64,000 nucleotides of DNA from NCBI GenBank assembly GCA_951804945.1, contig OX638153.1, positions 20,708,001 to 20,772,000 of the forward strand, written 5' to 3'. The DNA comes from Podarcis cretensis (lineage: Eukaryota). Of this stretch, positions 26,063 to 38,707 are shown one piece after another (the first letter of the stretch is position 1; the number at the start of each line of letters is the position of its first letter). A program made the position numbers and the translations under genes. Under the pieces are notes generated by a model. That model did not search any database. It was not told the origin of the DNA and was given only the letters and a program-made list of their open reading frames with translations.

Positions 26063-26173
26063 CGTTTGCAACATTAGGCCCATTCGCCACATTTTGATTA
26101 GATAGGGAAGGACCATAGCTCAGCCGTAGAGCATCTGTTTTGCATGCAGAAGATTCCAGGATCTATCCCTAGC

Positions 26174-26262
26174 TTTTTCTTCTTTGGCAATCACTCGTAG
26201 CCGAGTAAGATTGTCCTCCATGAACACGGTCTTAACAGTGACTCCGTAAGTGACAGTGGAGG
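26174..26262 (-). mobile_element. short RTE-clade LINE 3' end fragment
   Basis: ttcttctttggcaatcactcgtagccgagtaagattgtc... resembles the reverse complement of an RTE 3' end with (GAA)n tail; recalled similarity only. Confidence 0.45.
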
Positions 26263-27156
26263 CAAAACTTTTGCATCATAGTAAAACTTATGATGCATGA
26301 ATATAGCCTCACCACACTCCTTGAAAGTTGTTCAGACTGGCTAAGTGTGAGTCCATGTACAGAAAGCCCCCAGAAGGGGCAGATCTTGCTCAGCAATGGA
26401 TAAATATGTCTAGTTAACAATAATAAGCTTGAAATAATAGTACTGAAAATTCAGACATGAATGAAAGAACATAGCATGGAGAGGAACAAGCTACCATACC
26501 TCTGAAATAATTGACCATCACAACAACTAGGTTAAAGGATGTGGTACAGTAGGCTTTCTTGATCAACATCAATAAAACATCTAAAAATAACTACACAGAT
26601 ATAGCCTAAGTTGATTAGCAGTAATTGCCCTGAGTCAGTTTAGTCACTGATGGGTGATGTCATGTGTAATATTCTCTTAAAGTGAATTTAGCAGACGTAG
26701 CCTTTTGAAGAGCTCTTATAGTCGGCATAAATATCTTCCTGGTTCCAAGCTGGATGCCAACAGTCAATGATATGTCTAAATATGACATAATACGGTATTA
26801 GATTATATCTTTGTGCTTTTCTTGTTATATGTTGCCAAAGAAAAATGACAGCATCTGTCTTTTTAATGCAAAAAGGGAGCCATTAAAATCTTTGAGAAGC
26901 AGAACATGGTAGCAGGGAAATCATGTAAGAACAATGAAGGTGAGCTTTCAAATATTTATCTAGGATCTGCAATCCTCTTGGTCACAGCATAAGCATTTGA
27001 CTTTTCTGCAAAGTCTGGAGATGATAACGGTGGAGCGGTTCTTATCCTATGCTCATGAATTGAGGCAGAACTTATGTACATGTATAGAGGAGAAGGCATA
27101 GTTGGCTTGCTCTCTAAAAAGGTCTGGGCCTGACTCAATATGTGTTTGGTTAAAAT

Positions 27157-27205
27157 GTAGTAGTAGTAGTAATAATAATAATAATAATAGATTATAGGAC
27201 TCCTC

Positions 27206-27245
<40 letters not shown>
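27157..27245. repeat. compound (TAG)n(TAA)n and (TA)19 microsatellites
   Basis: Direct reading: 27157-27189 and 27208-27245. Confidence 0.93.
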
Positions 27246-27248
<3 letters not shown>

Positions 27249-27408
27249 ACCTATTGCAATGCTATGAGGAAGAAAAGGTACTCCTCTTCAGACTGGGCCA
27301 ATAGTATTTTTCTCAGTCCTGGTCAATCCAGAAGCTTCCTACTGCTTGCCAAATGCAGGAACTAATGTTGGGCACCCACCTCCATTCTATGCCTGAAAAA
27401 GATTCTGA

Positions 27409-27551
27409 GGCCAACATGATAGCTCAGTTGGTTAGAGCATGCTGCTGATAACCCCAAGGTTGCAGGTTTGATCCTCCTATGGGACAGCTGCATATTCCTG
27501 CATTGCAGGGGGTAGGACAGATGATCCTCAGGATCTCGTCCAACTCTACAA
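27409..27551 (+). mobile_element. tRNA-Ile-headed, CR1-tailed SINE
   Basis: Same head and tail as the 25902 copy. Confidence 0.85.
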
Positions 27552-28887
27552 CTCAGCCTGGTATGCTGGCCTGCCACTTCCTTCAGTACGTCACATATAC
27601 CACACTGGACTCGAGGTTGGGGAAGAACTGCTAGCAGCTGTTGTCCCTCTTATTAATAGACAGAGGCCAGGGACCCCTACCTTTCAGTCATAGTGAGCAC
27701 GGGAACCATTCCCATCCTCAACACAATAGCAATGCCAGGATCATACAAGCTGGCCACATTAAGTGGTGAAAAGTATAATTTTGTGTTTACAATCTCTTAG
27801 CAGTTAAATAAGTATGTAATTTAACTCTGGCTCTAGTTTTTCAAATGTCTCTTCCAAGTCCCGATTCATTAGCTTTGCGCTTCACCTCCCTTCTCCAGTT
27901 ATCAGTCTTTCCCTCTACAAGGGCACTATGAACCAAAAGTTGCACATTTGATTTGAAGTAATCCTCCTCCAGCAAAAGCAACTTTTTAAGAAATAAATTG
28001 GAGTGGGAAATGAATGAATGGATGCATGCATGCATGCATGAATGCCTGTTAGTTGGAAAGACCTTTTTTCTTTTTCTCTTCCATTCCTTATCACAGTTAT
28101 CTTCCAGAAGGCAAAGAACCTCCCCCCTCCCCCCAAAAAGTCCCCTTAACTGTCAATCCAATCAATTGGGATTTGTCCCCCCCCCCCGTCAATAATTAAC
28201 AAAAGCTTTAAATCAATTCAGCTTTGGTACTAGTTGTAATACTTAATGTTTAACAAGGAACTGTAATCCTCTTTCACAATTGAAGCTTTTGGCTTTGTAG
28301 AATGTAAAAGTGATGACTGGATAAGTTAAACAATGGTCAGGATCCAACCTACTCTCTCCAGCGTTTTGAGTGGAAAGTGTTTCCGGTCAAGTGGAAGGGG
28401 TTTTATTTCCTGCTGGTGAGAGTCCATTGGGCATCACAGGATGTTGCTTCAGAAGCGTTGTGTGGTGAGGGTGCCTTTGTGGGGCAGCAGAGGATGCTGT
28501 TGGAAGGGGGTGCTGAAAGGAGATCATCATTCATGGCACTTTAGACCCCACCCATAGCTTGCTTGCGGTTTCACAAGAAAACAGAGCAGGAGCCATATTT
28601 AGTTGGTGTGCTATGTCTCAATGTCAGGGTAATATGAGCCATGGCTCATTGGGGCTCAGCCCAAAGCCAGCATTCAGGGAGAAGGATCAGTCGACTCATA
28701 AGAAGAGGATATTTAAGAAAATGGGCAAAGGGCCTTCCAGTGCTGGTTGGCAACACTAAACTAAGCTGACACAGAGAGGAATGGTTGTAACAGTCATGGT
28801 GGATGCAGTGATGCAGGCAGGTCCCCTTTCTTCCTAGTGCCATTTGTCACTTCCGATTACTGAGAAATGGGGGGGGGGGGATAAGGC

Positions 28888-29541
28888 TGGGCCCATCACC
28901 TCCTGGCAAATAGAAGGGGAAGAAATGGAGGCACTGAGAGATTTTACTTTCTTGGGCTCCATGATCACTGCAGATGGTGGCAGCAGTCACGAAATTAAAA
29001 GACGCCTGCTTCTTGGGAGAAAGGCGATGACAAACCTAGACAGCATCTTTAAAAGCAGATACATCACCTTGCCAACAAAGGTCCGTATAGTGAAAGCTAT
29101 GGTTTTCCCAGTAGTGATGTATGGAAGTGAGAGCTGGACCATAAAGAAGGCTGATTGCTGAAGAATTGATGCTTTTGAATTATGGTGCTGGAGGAGACTC
29201 TTGAGAGTCCCATGGACTGCAAGAAGATCAAACGTATCCATTCTTAAGGAAATCAGGCCTGAGTGCTCACTGGAAGGACAGATCCTGAAGCTGAGGCTCC
29301 AATACTTTGGCCACCTCATGAGAAGAGAAGACTCCCTGGAAAAGACCCTGATGTTGGGGAAGATGGAGGGCACAAGGAGAAGGGGACGACAGAGGATGAG
29401 ATGGTTGGACAGTGTTCTCGAAGCTACCAGCATGAGTTTGACCAAACTGCGGGAGGCAGTGGAAGACAGGAGTGCCTGGCGTGCTCTGGTCCATGGGGTC
29501 ACGAAGAGTCGGACACGACTAAATGACTAAACAACAACAAA
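28888..29541 (+). mobile_element. RTE-BovB LINE, 5'-truncated 3' end
   Basis: GPITSWQIEGEEMEALRDFTFLGSMITADGGSSHEIKRRLLLGRKAMTNLDSI...WRALVHGVTKSRTRLND, one in-frame TGA at 29159, (CAA)n tail. Confidence 0.96.
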
Positions 29542-29681
29542 AGGCAGTGGAGAGTTTGGTGTGGACCCAATGCCAGGAGCTTTGGATTGGCTCTGCCACT
29601 GCACATGCACCGAGCTCCTTGCTTCCTTCTGTGTCCCAAGTAAGGATGCAGGCAGGAGGGAGCTGGCTGAGGGCAGAATGA

Positions 29682-29739
29682 AGCAGTGCCCCATTTGTCC
29701 CCATTGACTGGAGCAGTGCCCCATTTGTCCCCATTGACT
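29682..29739. repeat. 30-bp tandem duplication (agcagtgccccatttgtccccattgact x2)
   Basis: Direct reading. A similar 20-bp duplication gcagaattgggttattgg is at 8670-8707. Confidence 0.85.
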
Positions 29740-30869
29740 AGCTTCCCCTGGTACCTTCTCAGCACTGAGTAATCAAAACCAGCCGATAGGCATCCAGGAG
29801 GAGGAGAAAGGCTTTCAAGTCAGCAAATGTGTCTTATTGGTATGCCTGAATTCCTACACCTCTTAAATTAGAAATGAAATCCTTCAGGGTAGTCACAAAT
29901 AACTGGCAATTGCCAGATAGCCATTTAAAAGGTAACCATGTGCACATGTAACCTTGTGGGGGAGTCATTTCTCCCTACCATCCTGTTACTTCTCCATTTC
30001 TCCCAGATTATTGAGCCTTGGTAACAATGGTAGTTTTACCATGTGGTTAGAGGTTACAGGCAGCCATCTATCTCGCCATGTGGATACAATTACCATATGC
30101 TAAGCTTTAAAGTGATGACTACTTGGCCTGCAAGCATTTATTTTTATAGTCCAAGGTAAAAAAAAATATTTTTTTTGAGGATGGAGGCTTTGAGCAGTTT
30201 TACTTCGGGATTTTCTCCAATAATGAAGCCTCTGTGGAGAAAAGGAAGTCCAGCAAGTTCATTCTCTATCTCTGAATATAGCTTCTCCATCTCTGGTGAC
30301 GCCATAATTAGAAACTGTACATCCTTCCTACATATCTGAAGCATTTTTCTCCCCACTGTGTCAGCATTATATTTTAGCGTTGTGGTCAAGAGCTAAGGCC
30401 ATAAAGGTATTTTTAAACTAAAGTTCCTTTAAGCTAGTAAGTTCAGAAATTCTTTTGTCTTGTGGCCTTCTTCTAAAAGTCAGTTTTCCTTTTAGAACAC
30501 CATCCCCACTGAGATTTTTTAAAAAATGAGTGAGAGTCGCATGGGATATCCTCTATCCATTGTCGGGCTCCAACTCCCCTCTGTTGAGACTTTCTTTTTA
30601 CAATCAAGTGGTCTTTTAAGTTTTATGAGCTAAATAAATGAACTAGAAGAGAAGCCATGGGAAAATACTAAAATAATATTTAGTGATGGGGGATTGGAAA
30701 TTGGAAATTGAATTTCATGGTTCTAAAACCCCTGAGCCTGTTTCAATCCAAGTCCATAATGACCTGAACTTGTTCGTCCTCCCCCCTTCCCCATCTGTGA
30801 GTGTCCCTATTACCCACTTTCCCTAACTTAAACAAGCAAAATGGGTTTCAGGCAGGATTTGAGGAGCTA

Positions 30870-31079
30870 CAGGGGTACCTCCGGTTACAGACTCCGCTAA
30901 CCCAGAAATAGTACCTCAGGTTAAGAACTTTGCTTCAGAATGAGAACAGAAATCGTGCGGTGGTGGCACAGCGGCAGTGGGAGGCCCCATTAGCTAAAGT
31001 GGTATCTCAGGTTAAGAACAGTTTCAGGTTAAGAACGGACTTCCAGAACGAATTAAGTACTTAACCCGAGGTACCACTG
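30870..31079 (+). mobile_element. Tc1/mariner-pogo MITE, family A copy 3
   Basis: TA TSD, TIR caggggtacctccggtta / taacccgaggtaccactg. Confidence 0.9.
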
Positions 31080-32166
31080 TATAAACATCAGAACTGAGTT
31101 CTGGATGCTGCCACAACTATAAGCAACAGCATCTACTGGACAGTGGGAAACATAGAAGCAGGGCTGGGCGCTATCTGGTTTTCAACACCATGATGTATCA
31201 CCAGCTAAATATAACAATATATCACCATATATTGGCAGCGGTGGAGGGTCTTGCTGGGCCGCCCTGCAGTGGCAAGGGGCCCCCCATACCTCCCCACATC
31301 AGTGGAGGGCCTTGACGAGGCTCCCTGCAGCAGTGGGGGGCCTTAAAATATAAGGAAGTAGTGGATTTAATAAAAAAATATAAAGTAAACTTCCATATAA
31401 TATATTTAATGTATTTTCAACTAATTTAAGAGTAGTTTAAGTGATTTACTAGCCAAGTTGCATCTGCTTCCCCACTCAGAGGTCCCACTTAGAGGTTCAG
31501 TTTATCCATGCATAAGCCCCACTGAGTTCAACTAAACTTACTTTTACTTTCCTGGGAGTAAGTCTCGATGATTTCAGTAGGGATTGCTTGTGAGTAGACA
31601 TGCATTTGCATGCACTGCTTACTGACAAATCCCCTCCCCATCATTCTCACATAGTACCCAACCTCCCATTTCAGCATAAGGCAGCCAGCTAAACATTCTC
31701 CTCTCCATTCAGTCCTCCACAGAAGCCCCCCTCCCCAAACCCCCATACCACCAATCTCTCCCTTTTTTAAATCTCTCCTCCTTTTAAGGGAGGGAAGGAG
31801 GGCAAGCAAGCAAAGACTTAATCTCCTTTAAATAAATGTTAGAAACCTTCATTTTTAATATGGGGGAAAAACTATTTAGGGGGAACCACCAGAAAATAAA
31901 AACAAAAATTCTTCTAACTCTTTTTTTTCAAGGGGGGGGGGTCAGTGTGAGGAAAGAAAGAAGTGTTTTCAGGTTCTTTGTTTACATTCTCTGTTTACTT
32001 TGCCCCTGGATCTTTAATTTTCTAGCCATGGGGCTCCCTCCTGGATTGTTAGCAGGCTCTGCATAATTAGCTGAGTTCTAAGTGGAAAGATACAGGTGAA
32101 GCTGGAAGAGTTTGCTGGTTTGTGTGAGAGCTTATCCTTATTTCTTATTGGCTAGGAGGGAGTATA

Positions 32167-32788
32167 CAGTGGTACCTTGGTTCTCAAACTTAATCCGTTC
32201 CGGAAATCTGTTCCAAAACCAAAGCGTTCCAAAACCAAGGTGTGCTTTCCCATAGAAAGTAATGAAAAACAGATTAATCTGTTCCAGACTTTTAAAAACA
32301 ACCCCTAAAACAACGATTTAACATGAAATTTTCTATCTAATGAGACCATTGATACATAGAATGAACGTACTGTACTATAAAATAAATAAGACAGTATTGT
32401 AGATGATTTAGATTTTTTTTTTCTTACCTGCACTGATGATAGTCATTGTTTGGATGGGGGGCTTTTATCCATTTCCACAGTCACACAATCAATCAATCAG
32501 TAGCTGAACTGGGCTCCACACAGTCACAAAAACAAATTAACCGAAAAAGCCTCAAAAACAAAAAATCAACAGCAATAACAAAAGTGCCAAACTTAATCTG
32601 TTCTGGAAGTCTGTATGATTTCCGAAATGTTCGAAAACCAAGGCTTCTGATTGGCGCAGGTGCCCCGGAAACAATAGCCGACAGCCGCATCAGACGTTTG
32701 GCTCCTGAAAAAGTTTGAAAACTGGAACACTTACCGGAATGTTTCCAGCGTTTGGGAACCAAGGCGTTTGAGAACCAAGGTACCACTG
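32167..32788. mobile_element. Tc1/mariner-pogo non-autonomous element, family B (622 bp)
   Basis: Perfect 23-bp TIR cagtggtaccttggttctcaaac / gtttgagaaccaaggtaccactg, TA on both sides. Confidence 0.93.
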
Positions 32789-33306
32789 TACTGCCTTGTT
32801 GAAACACTTAATACGATGTTGTTTTAATACGTGGCATTCAACGATTTATCACACAGCCCTAGATTGGAGCCACATTTTCTTGGGACTGTGATCTGGATGT
32901 GCTGACATGTTGAAGCAAGCGCATGTCAGCACATCCAGATCACAGTCCCAAGAAAATGTGGGGAAGCAGTGTATAATGCCTTGAGCATTGCCCACCATCT
33001 GTTTCCATGGAATGCTTGTGCCACTATCCACCTCTTTGTGATGTCAACTAAAGTTGCAACAAGTATGTGTGGCAATTGCCTCAAGTCATTCCTGCCAGCT
33101 CATTGCTTTGGTAAGGTCAATTTGGATAAAAGAGGAAGGGCTGGCTTGGAGGTTAGTAGCAAAGAGATCTCTAGGCCCCATAATGCTCTAGCCTTCTGAT
33201 AACATCATCAGGAATGATAGGACTGGGCAGGAAATATGTGGAGAAAGCCTTATGGACTCCCACTGTTCTGCCTTGTCTGTGGTTGGATTAGAGGGTGATT
33301 TAAATA

Positions 33307-33576
33307 CAGTGGTACCTCAGGTTAAGAACTTAATTCATTCTGCAGGTCTGTTCTTAACCTGAAACTGTTCTTAACCTGAGGTACCACTTTAGCTACTGGG
33401 GCCTCCCACTGCCACCACACCACTGGCCCGTGATTTCTGTTCTCATCCTGAGGTGAAGTTCTTAACCTGAGGTACTACTTCCACCACACCACTGGCCCGT
33501 GATTTCTGTTCTCATCCTGAGGTGAAGTTCTTAACCTGAGGTACTACTTCTGGGTTAGCAGAGTCTGTAGCCTGAA
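33307..33576 (-). mobile_element. Tc1/mariner-pogo MITE, family A copy 4 (truncated, internal 69-bp duplication)
   Basis: TA + cagtggtacctcaggttaag; the second TIR is missing; 33412-33480 is repeated exactly at 33481-33549. Confidence 0.88.
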
Positions 33577-34394
33577 CCTTGGATCATTCCTGATTTCACA
33601 TACTAGCAACACATCCTGTACAATTCTATCCGTTATATTTTATCAGCTCAATCAGAATGAATTTGAGGAACCAAAAAGTCATATTGAAAATGACTTTTGA
33701 GCTGTCTGGCCCCAAAATGGCAACTAGGCATTCCGTTTGGGTGACTGTAACCCTGGTTTAAAGAGCCACTGGGTGCCTAGCTTATATATCTGAGTTTCTA
33801 ACACTGGTTTCGGTTGCAGTGTGGCAACCCCAATTCCATTTGGAGCCATGTGGGTCTGAGTGTTTGTCGTTATCGTGCTATTGCTGTAGAAGTGCTAAGC
33901 TTTAGATCAGCAGCTTGGAACAGTGATCAATATGATAGCCACTTCATTTGAATGCCTTCCTGACAGGAGATAGACTTTCTTAATTGTTATAAGTGCCAAT
34001 ACAGTTGAGAGTCTGTTGGTATTCATCCAACTTCCATGTGAGTGTTGGCTGTGTCCTAGACTAAGCTTGAGTCCCTACCCACTTTTCAAGGTCTTCAGGT
34101 TACCAGTAAATTATATCTATACACTTGGCAATTTCTTTGCAAAATCCTGCAACTAATTGAAATGCCCTATATCAAACAGCAGACCATCAAAATAATTGCA
34201 GAAAAAATGGGGGGAAGGCTTCAATTTAAACTTTGAGGACAAAAGCCTTGATGCAGGGGAAATCAGACAAGGTCCCTCCCCCGCCCCTGCTTATATGGAA
34301 GCTTGCCAAAGGTTGCATTTATGTTCATTGAAACTTTAATTCCAAAAACCAGCACTTAAATGCTAATAGGAACAGGGTTTAGAAGCTCAACTGC

Positions 34395-34397
<3 letters not shown>

Positions 34398-34438
<41 letters not shown>

Positions 34439-34449
34439 CACACACACAC
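34398..34449. repeat. (CT)n(CA)n compound microsatellite
   Basis: Direct reading. Confidence 0.93.
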
Positions 34450-34835
34450 CACAAATGTAAGTTAATTCCCCACTCCCAAATCTTGAAAGTTGGCATGTGT
34501 GTTTCTAGTTTGCTGGCTTTTCTTTACAGCACAAGGAGAGAGGAACCTTCCCCTTACTCCTTCCAGTATGTCAGTAGGCAAAGCAGCTACAAATTTGTGG
34601 GAAAATACTGTTTGTGTGTCTTTTTCTGTTGGAATTTCAAATAGGGCTAAGCTGAAATGGCCTATGTTTTAATTTGACTTTGTTTTCACACAGATTAGAA
34701 AATCTCTCCCTTTTCCAGTAATTCTTCAACATGTGCTGCTAAAACAACCATGTTTTGAATGGCATTAATGCTAGAGAACATTCAAGTTACTATATACACC
34801 TTGGGGCTCCTTGGATCAACCAGATATCCAAGCTC

Positions 34836-35068
34836 CAGTCATACCTTGGTTTGTGAACGTGATCCATGTGGGAGGCACATTTGCAACCTGCAGCGCTGCG
34901 TCTGCGCACGCACGTGATGCGATTCAGCTCATGTGCGCATGTGCATGACGTCATTTTGCACTTCTGTGCATGCGCGAGCGCCAAAACCCGGAAGTAACCC
35001 ATTCTGGTACTTTGGGTTTGGCGCGGTCCATAACCCAAAACCGTGCAACCCACAGCATTCGCAACCTG
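34836..35068. mobile_element. Tc1/mariner-pogo MITE, family C (related to 57779-58013)
   Basis: Starts cagtcataccttgg; shares internal tctgcgcacg...cttctg.gcatgcg...aaacc.ggaagt motifs with the 57779 copy. Confidence 0.6.
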
Positions 35069-35149
35069 TAGTGGCAAAAGTGGAAGAAAGAGGCGAGCCT
35101 CGCACTGGTGCCCAGACATACAAGAAACATTAATAATATGAAATTTTCA

Positions 35150-35286
35150 AGAATCATAGACTTTCTAGAGTTAGAAGGGACCACGCGGGTCAACTAGTCC
35201 AGTCTGTAGCAGTGCAGGAATCCTTTGCCCAATGTGGGGCTTGAACCCATGACCTTAAGAGTCTCATGCACTGCTAACTGAGCTAT
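35150..35286 (-). mobile_element. tRNA-Lys(CTT)-headed, CR1-tailed SINE
   Basis: Reverse complement reads atagctcagttagcagtgcatgagactcttaag..gggttcaagccccacattgggc followed by a CR1-like tail. Confidence 0.8.
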
Positions 35287-36179
35287 GTGTTTCAGTGAGG
35301 CACAAAAACAGTATTTCGGGTGGGCCCTTAGAGGGCAATTGGAATGCTTCTTCTTTTCTGTGCAAACTGTACTCTGTGAGCAGTCATCCTGTTGCTCAAG
35401 TGCCGCTGCTGCTGATACAAGAGCATTCAAGTTGCTCCCTAGAGAGCCTGCACTATGGATGTCACCCTTTTGGGTATTTCTGCATCTGACTGTGTCACCT
35501 TATTTTAGACACTGAGGGAAGCAGCAGGAAAGTTGCTAACGGGGAAGCCACAAAACTGTTTTGGCCAAAAAGGGAGTTTTCTAGTGTCTTGTGTTCTGTT
35601 TGGCAAGCAGTTATTCAGTATTTGAAGTACATATTGTGAGACAAAAGTAGAATGCTGCAAATATTTGGATGAGCCTTTACTGTAGATCAGGATGTGGGCT
35701 TGATGATCTACACCTCTTCCTTTTCCCCCAAGGGGAGCAATCACTGTGATACAAGTAGCATATTTGTGTTACATTTCAGAAACCTTGGATAGTCCCTGTT
35801 TTGACCTTGGAAGACCCATTGTGACAAAAATTGAGAACAGGGTGGTCTGCTGTACCGGTTAGATTTTGCTCTGTATAACAGCTAGAAAGGATAAGGAGTT
35901 TGTACATGTGACTGGGGCTAGGGGTGAGGGAGAGATTGAATTCAGTTTGCATTAAAAATCGAACCTACCTAATTTGCACTGCTCAGGACAGTGGGAGAAC
36001 TAAAACACAGCTGTCCTTCAAAATGTGTACACCTCTAAATCTCGTTGTGATACAGTTCTCAAACCAAACGTTTACAAAAATGTATATATTAGTGGAAACA
36101 TGCATTACATTAGGGAAAACCACATGCAAAAATGTGTTTATTAGGAAGTCACACTAAAATGCTGATGACTTGTCATGTT

Positions 36180-36223
36180 ACACACACACACAAACACACA
36201 CACAGACACACACACACACACAC
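36180..36223. repeat. imperfect (CA)n microsatellite
   Basis: Direct reading. Confidence 0.9.
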
Positions 36224-38050
36224 ATTTATACACATGCAATGCAGATGAGGTGCCCATATATATGTGTGCTCAATATAACAAATGGAGAGGGTCACAAATC
36301 ATACTTTCCCCATGCCCTCCCAAGTATATATACATGCCAGACCTTAGGGTAGATTCAGATTAGGGATGTTTGAAGAATATGAACTTTGGGAATTCTATTG
36401 CGAAGTGACTTAATCCACGCTTCCTGGAGTAATGTGCAGGTTGGAACCTAATTATCTCCCGGTGTTCCCAAATATTGGAACATTTTTTTATATATAAAAA
36501 AAGACACAGAGAACCTTGTCTTTGCATACTGTTTTTAAACTATTTTTGACTCAGAATAATAATTTCTAAGTGCATTTTAAACCTATTTTGATACATTTCC
36601 TTTACTCAAAAGCAATTTCAGTTTAATGCAGAAATGACATGGAACAGATTTATAGGTGTGCAAATGCAAAAACAACCAAAAATATACTGATTTGCTGAGC
36701 CCAAACACAGATAAGCAAGATTTCCCCCTAAGAAATGCAACTTATCACATTAAACCCTAAGCTTGAAGCACTATCTTGAAATGCATTCAGAGCCAAGATT
36801 GCACATAATGACCTTGCGCGGCATATCTGTTTTACTGGTGGTTCAGAAGCCTCAGTTATTGGTTGGTATGGTTGCCAGAGTTCTTTGTGCTGCAGTGTGT
36901 CTTCACAATTAGCTCAAAGGAAAGTACAAAATAAAAAAAGGAAGAGGTGAGAGAAATGGGCATGAAGGGACAGGACAGGTGCTAGTATTTTGTGGACATA
37001 ACAAGGGCTGCTGAACACTGATTTACTAAGTTTCCCTCTACATGATTAGCAGATGGAATTGAGTTTCCACTTTTGTTTTCCACATATATTATCCATGTGG
37101 GAAAACTAAGGGACTCTGTTAAAGTTATCATATAGTAAACACTGTTTGTTTCTTCTCTTCAAAAAATGCTTCCTGGTTGGTCTGGGGGATCAGTTTGCCT
37201 TCTTTTTTTTATTTACAGAAATACTTGAATTGTAACTATTTATTACTTTTTAAAAATCTCTATATAAAACAGCTTCTAGTATATAAAACAGAACACAATC
37301 AAAATAAAAACAGGATACTGTCGTTAGTTTTCTGTTCTTGCATTTGTGTCACACCTGCTCACAGTGCTACAGCATCAGGCTCTTACAGATCATATATCAT
37401 TAACTCATGTAAATGTTATTAACAAGGCTTGAGTCAATACTTCTGCGCATTGTAGAAGCGATTACTCTGTAAGCTTAGGGCTGATCCGCGCCTCGTATTT
37501 AAGAGCACATCCAGTTGAACATTTAAAACTTCTGATTTCCCCCCAAAGAATCCTGGGAACTGTGGCTTGCGAAGGGTACTGTGAATCATAGCTCCGTGAG
37601 TGGGAAACTGCAGTTCCCAAGATTCTTTGGGAGAAGCCATGTGCTTTCAGTGTGCTTTAAATGTATGGTGTGGTTTTGCATTTAGTCCTCCACAGAAAGG
37701 GTTGCTTTGTTTTGGGGGTTTTTTTTGTAGATCAGAATATTTTAAAGACTATTATAAAGGCATTGGTGATTCACATTAAGTTTCTTTATGCACTCAAGGG
37801 CAGTTCAAAATTCTGGAAGGATGCAGAATTCAATGGTGGATTTCAGGGCCCACTGGGTATGGGACCTTCTGAAGTATTGGAGGCAGAGGCTCACAGGACA
37901 TGGGAGAGCTTCATTTGCACTGTGCAGTCCATAGCAGTCTCATTGGTGTCTGTAGAGGCCCTGGCGTTTGACCTAGTTGGCCTAGAGATCTATGCCCTCT
38001 TCTCATGTTACTCACCCAGGAAGTTAAACATAACTATGAAGGGAATTTCG

Positions 38051-38187
38051 TAGAATAGTAGAGTTGGAAAGGATCCTGAGGGTCATCTGTCCAACCCCCT
38101 GCAATGCAGGAATATGCAACGTCCCATACGGGGATCGAACCTGCAACCTTGGTGTTATCAGCACCCGCTCTAAACAACTGAGCTATC
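38051..38187 (-). mobile_element. tRNA-Ile-headed, CR1-tailed SINE
   Basis: Reverse complement: gatagctcagttgtttagagcgggtgctgataacaccaaggttgcaggttcgatccccgtatggg + CR1 tail. Confidence 0.87.
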
Positions 38188-38297
38188 TAAGTACATCTTT
38201 AGGCCAACACCCTGAGGTAGCACAGTCCATTCCAGCCCCTCGTCTTTTGAGAGATAACATACCAAAGGAGAGGAGACAACCTTTTCTCTACATAGAC

Positions 38298-38435
38298 CAG
38301 CGGTTCTCAACCTGTGGGTCCCCAGATGTTGTTGGACTACAACTTCCATCATCCCTGAGCTCTGTCCTTGCTAGCTAGGGGTGATGGGAGTTGTAGTTCA
38401 ACAACATCTGGGGACCCACAGGTTGAGAAAGTCTG
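38298..38435. mobile_element. palindromic hAT (Charlie-like) MITE, 138 bp; degenerate relatives ~14400-14508, ~40412-40546, ~56898-57030
   Basis: Perfect 8-bp TSD ACATAGAC (38290-38297, 38436-38443); arms ttctcaacctgtgggtccccagatgttgttg.actacaac are near-perfect inverted repeats. Confidence 0.92.
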
Positions 38436-38707
38436 ACATAGACTCTCCAATATGCTTTAGGGTTTAGGGTTCTAAATCAACCTGTGAGGGCTGCAAGGAG
38501 CCACACCATCTCCAGGGTTGAGGCTGAATGCACAGCCCCGTTGAATCTGCGTTGCCCTTTCACACGAGTAACATGCAAAGAGGGCTCTTGTGCAACCCGG
38601 TGGCAACTGGGGATTCAGAAGGGTTGTTAGGTATCCCATTTCAAATGGAATTTGCTGGGTCTACAAATCATGCCAAGTGATTCATTTCCCCACAAATCAG
38701 CAAGTTT

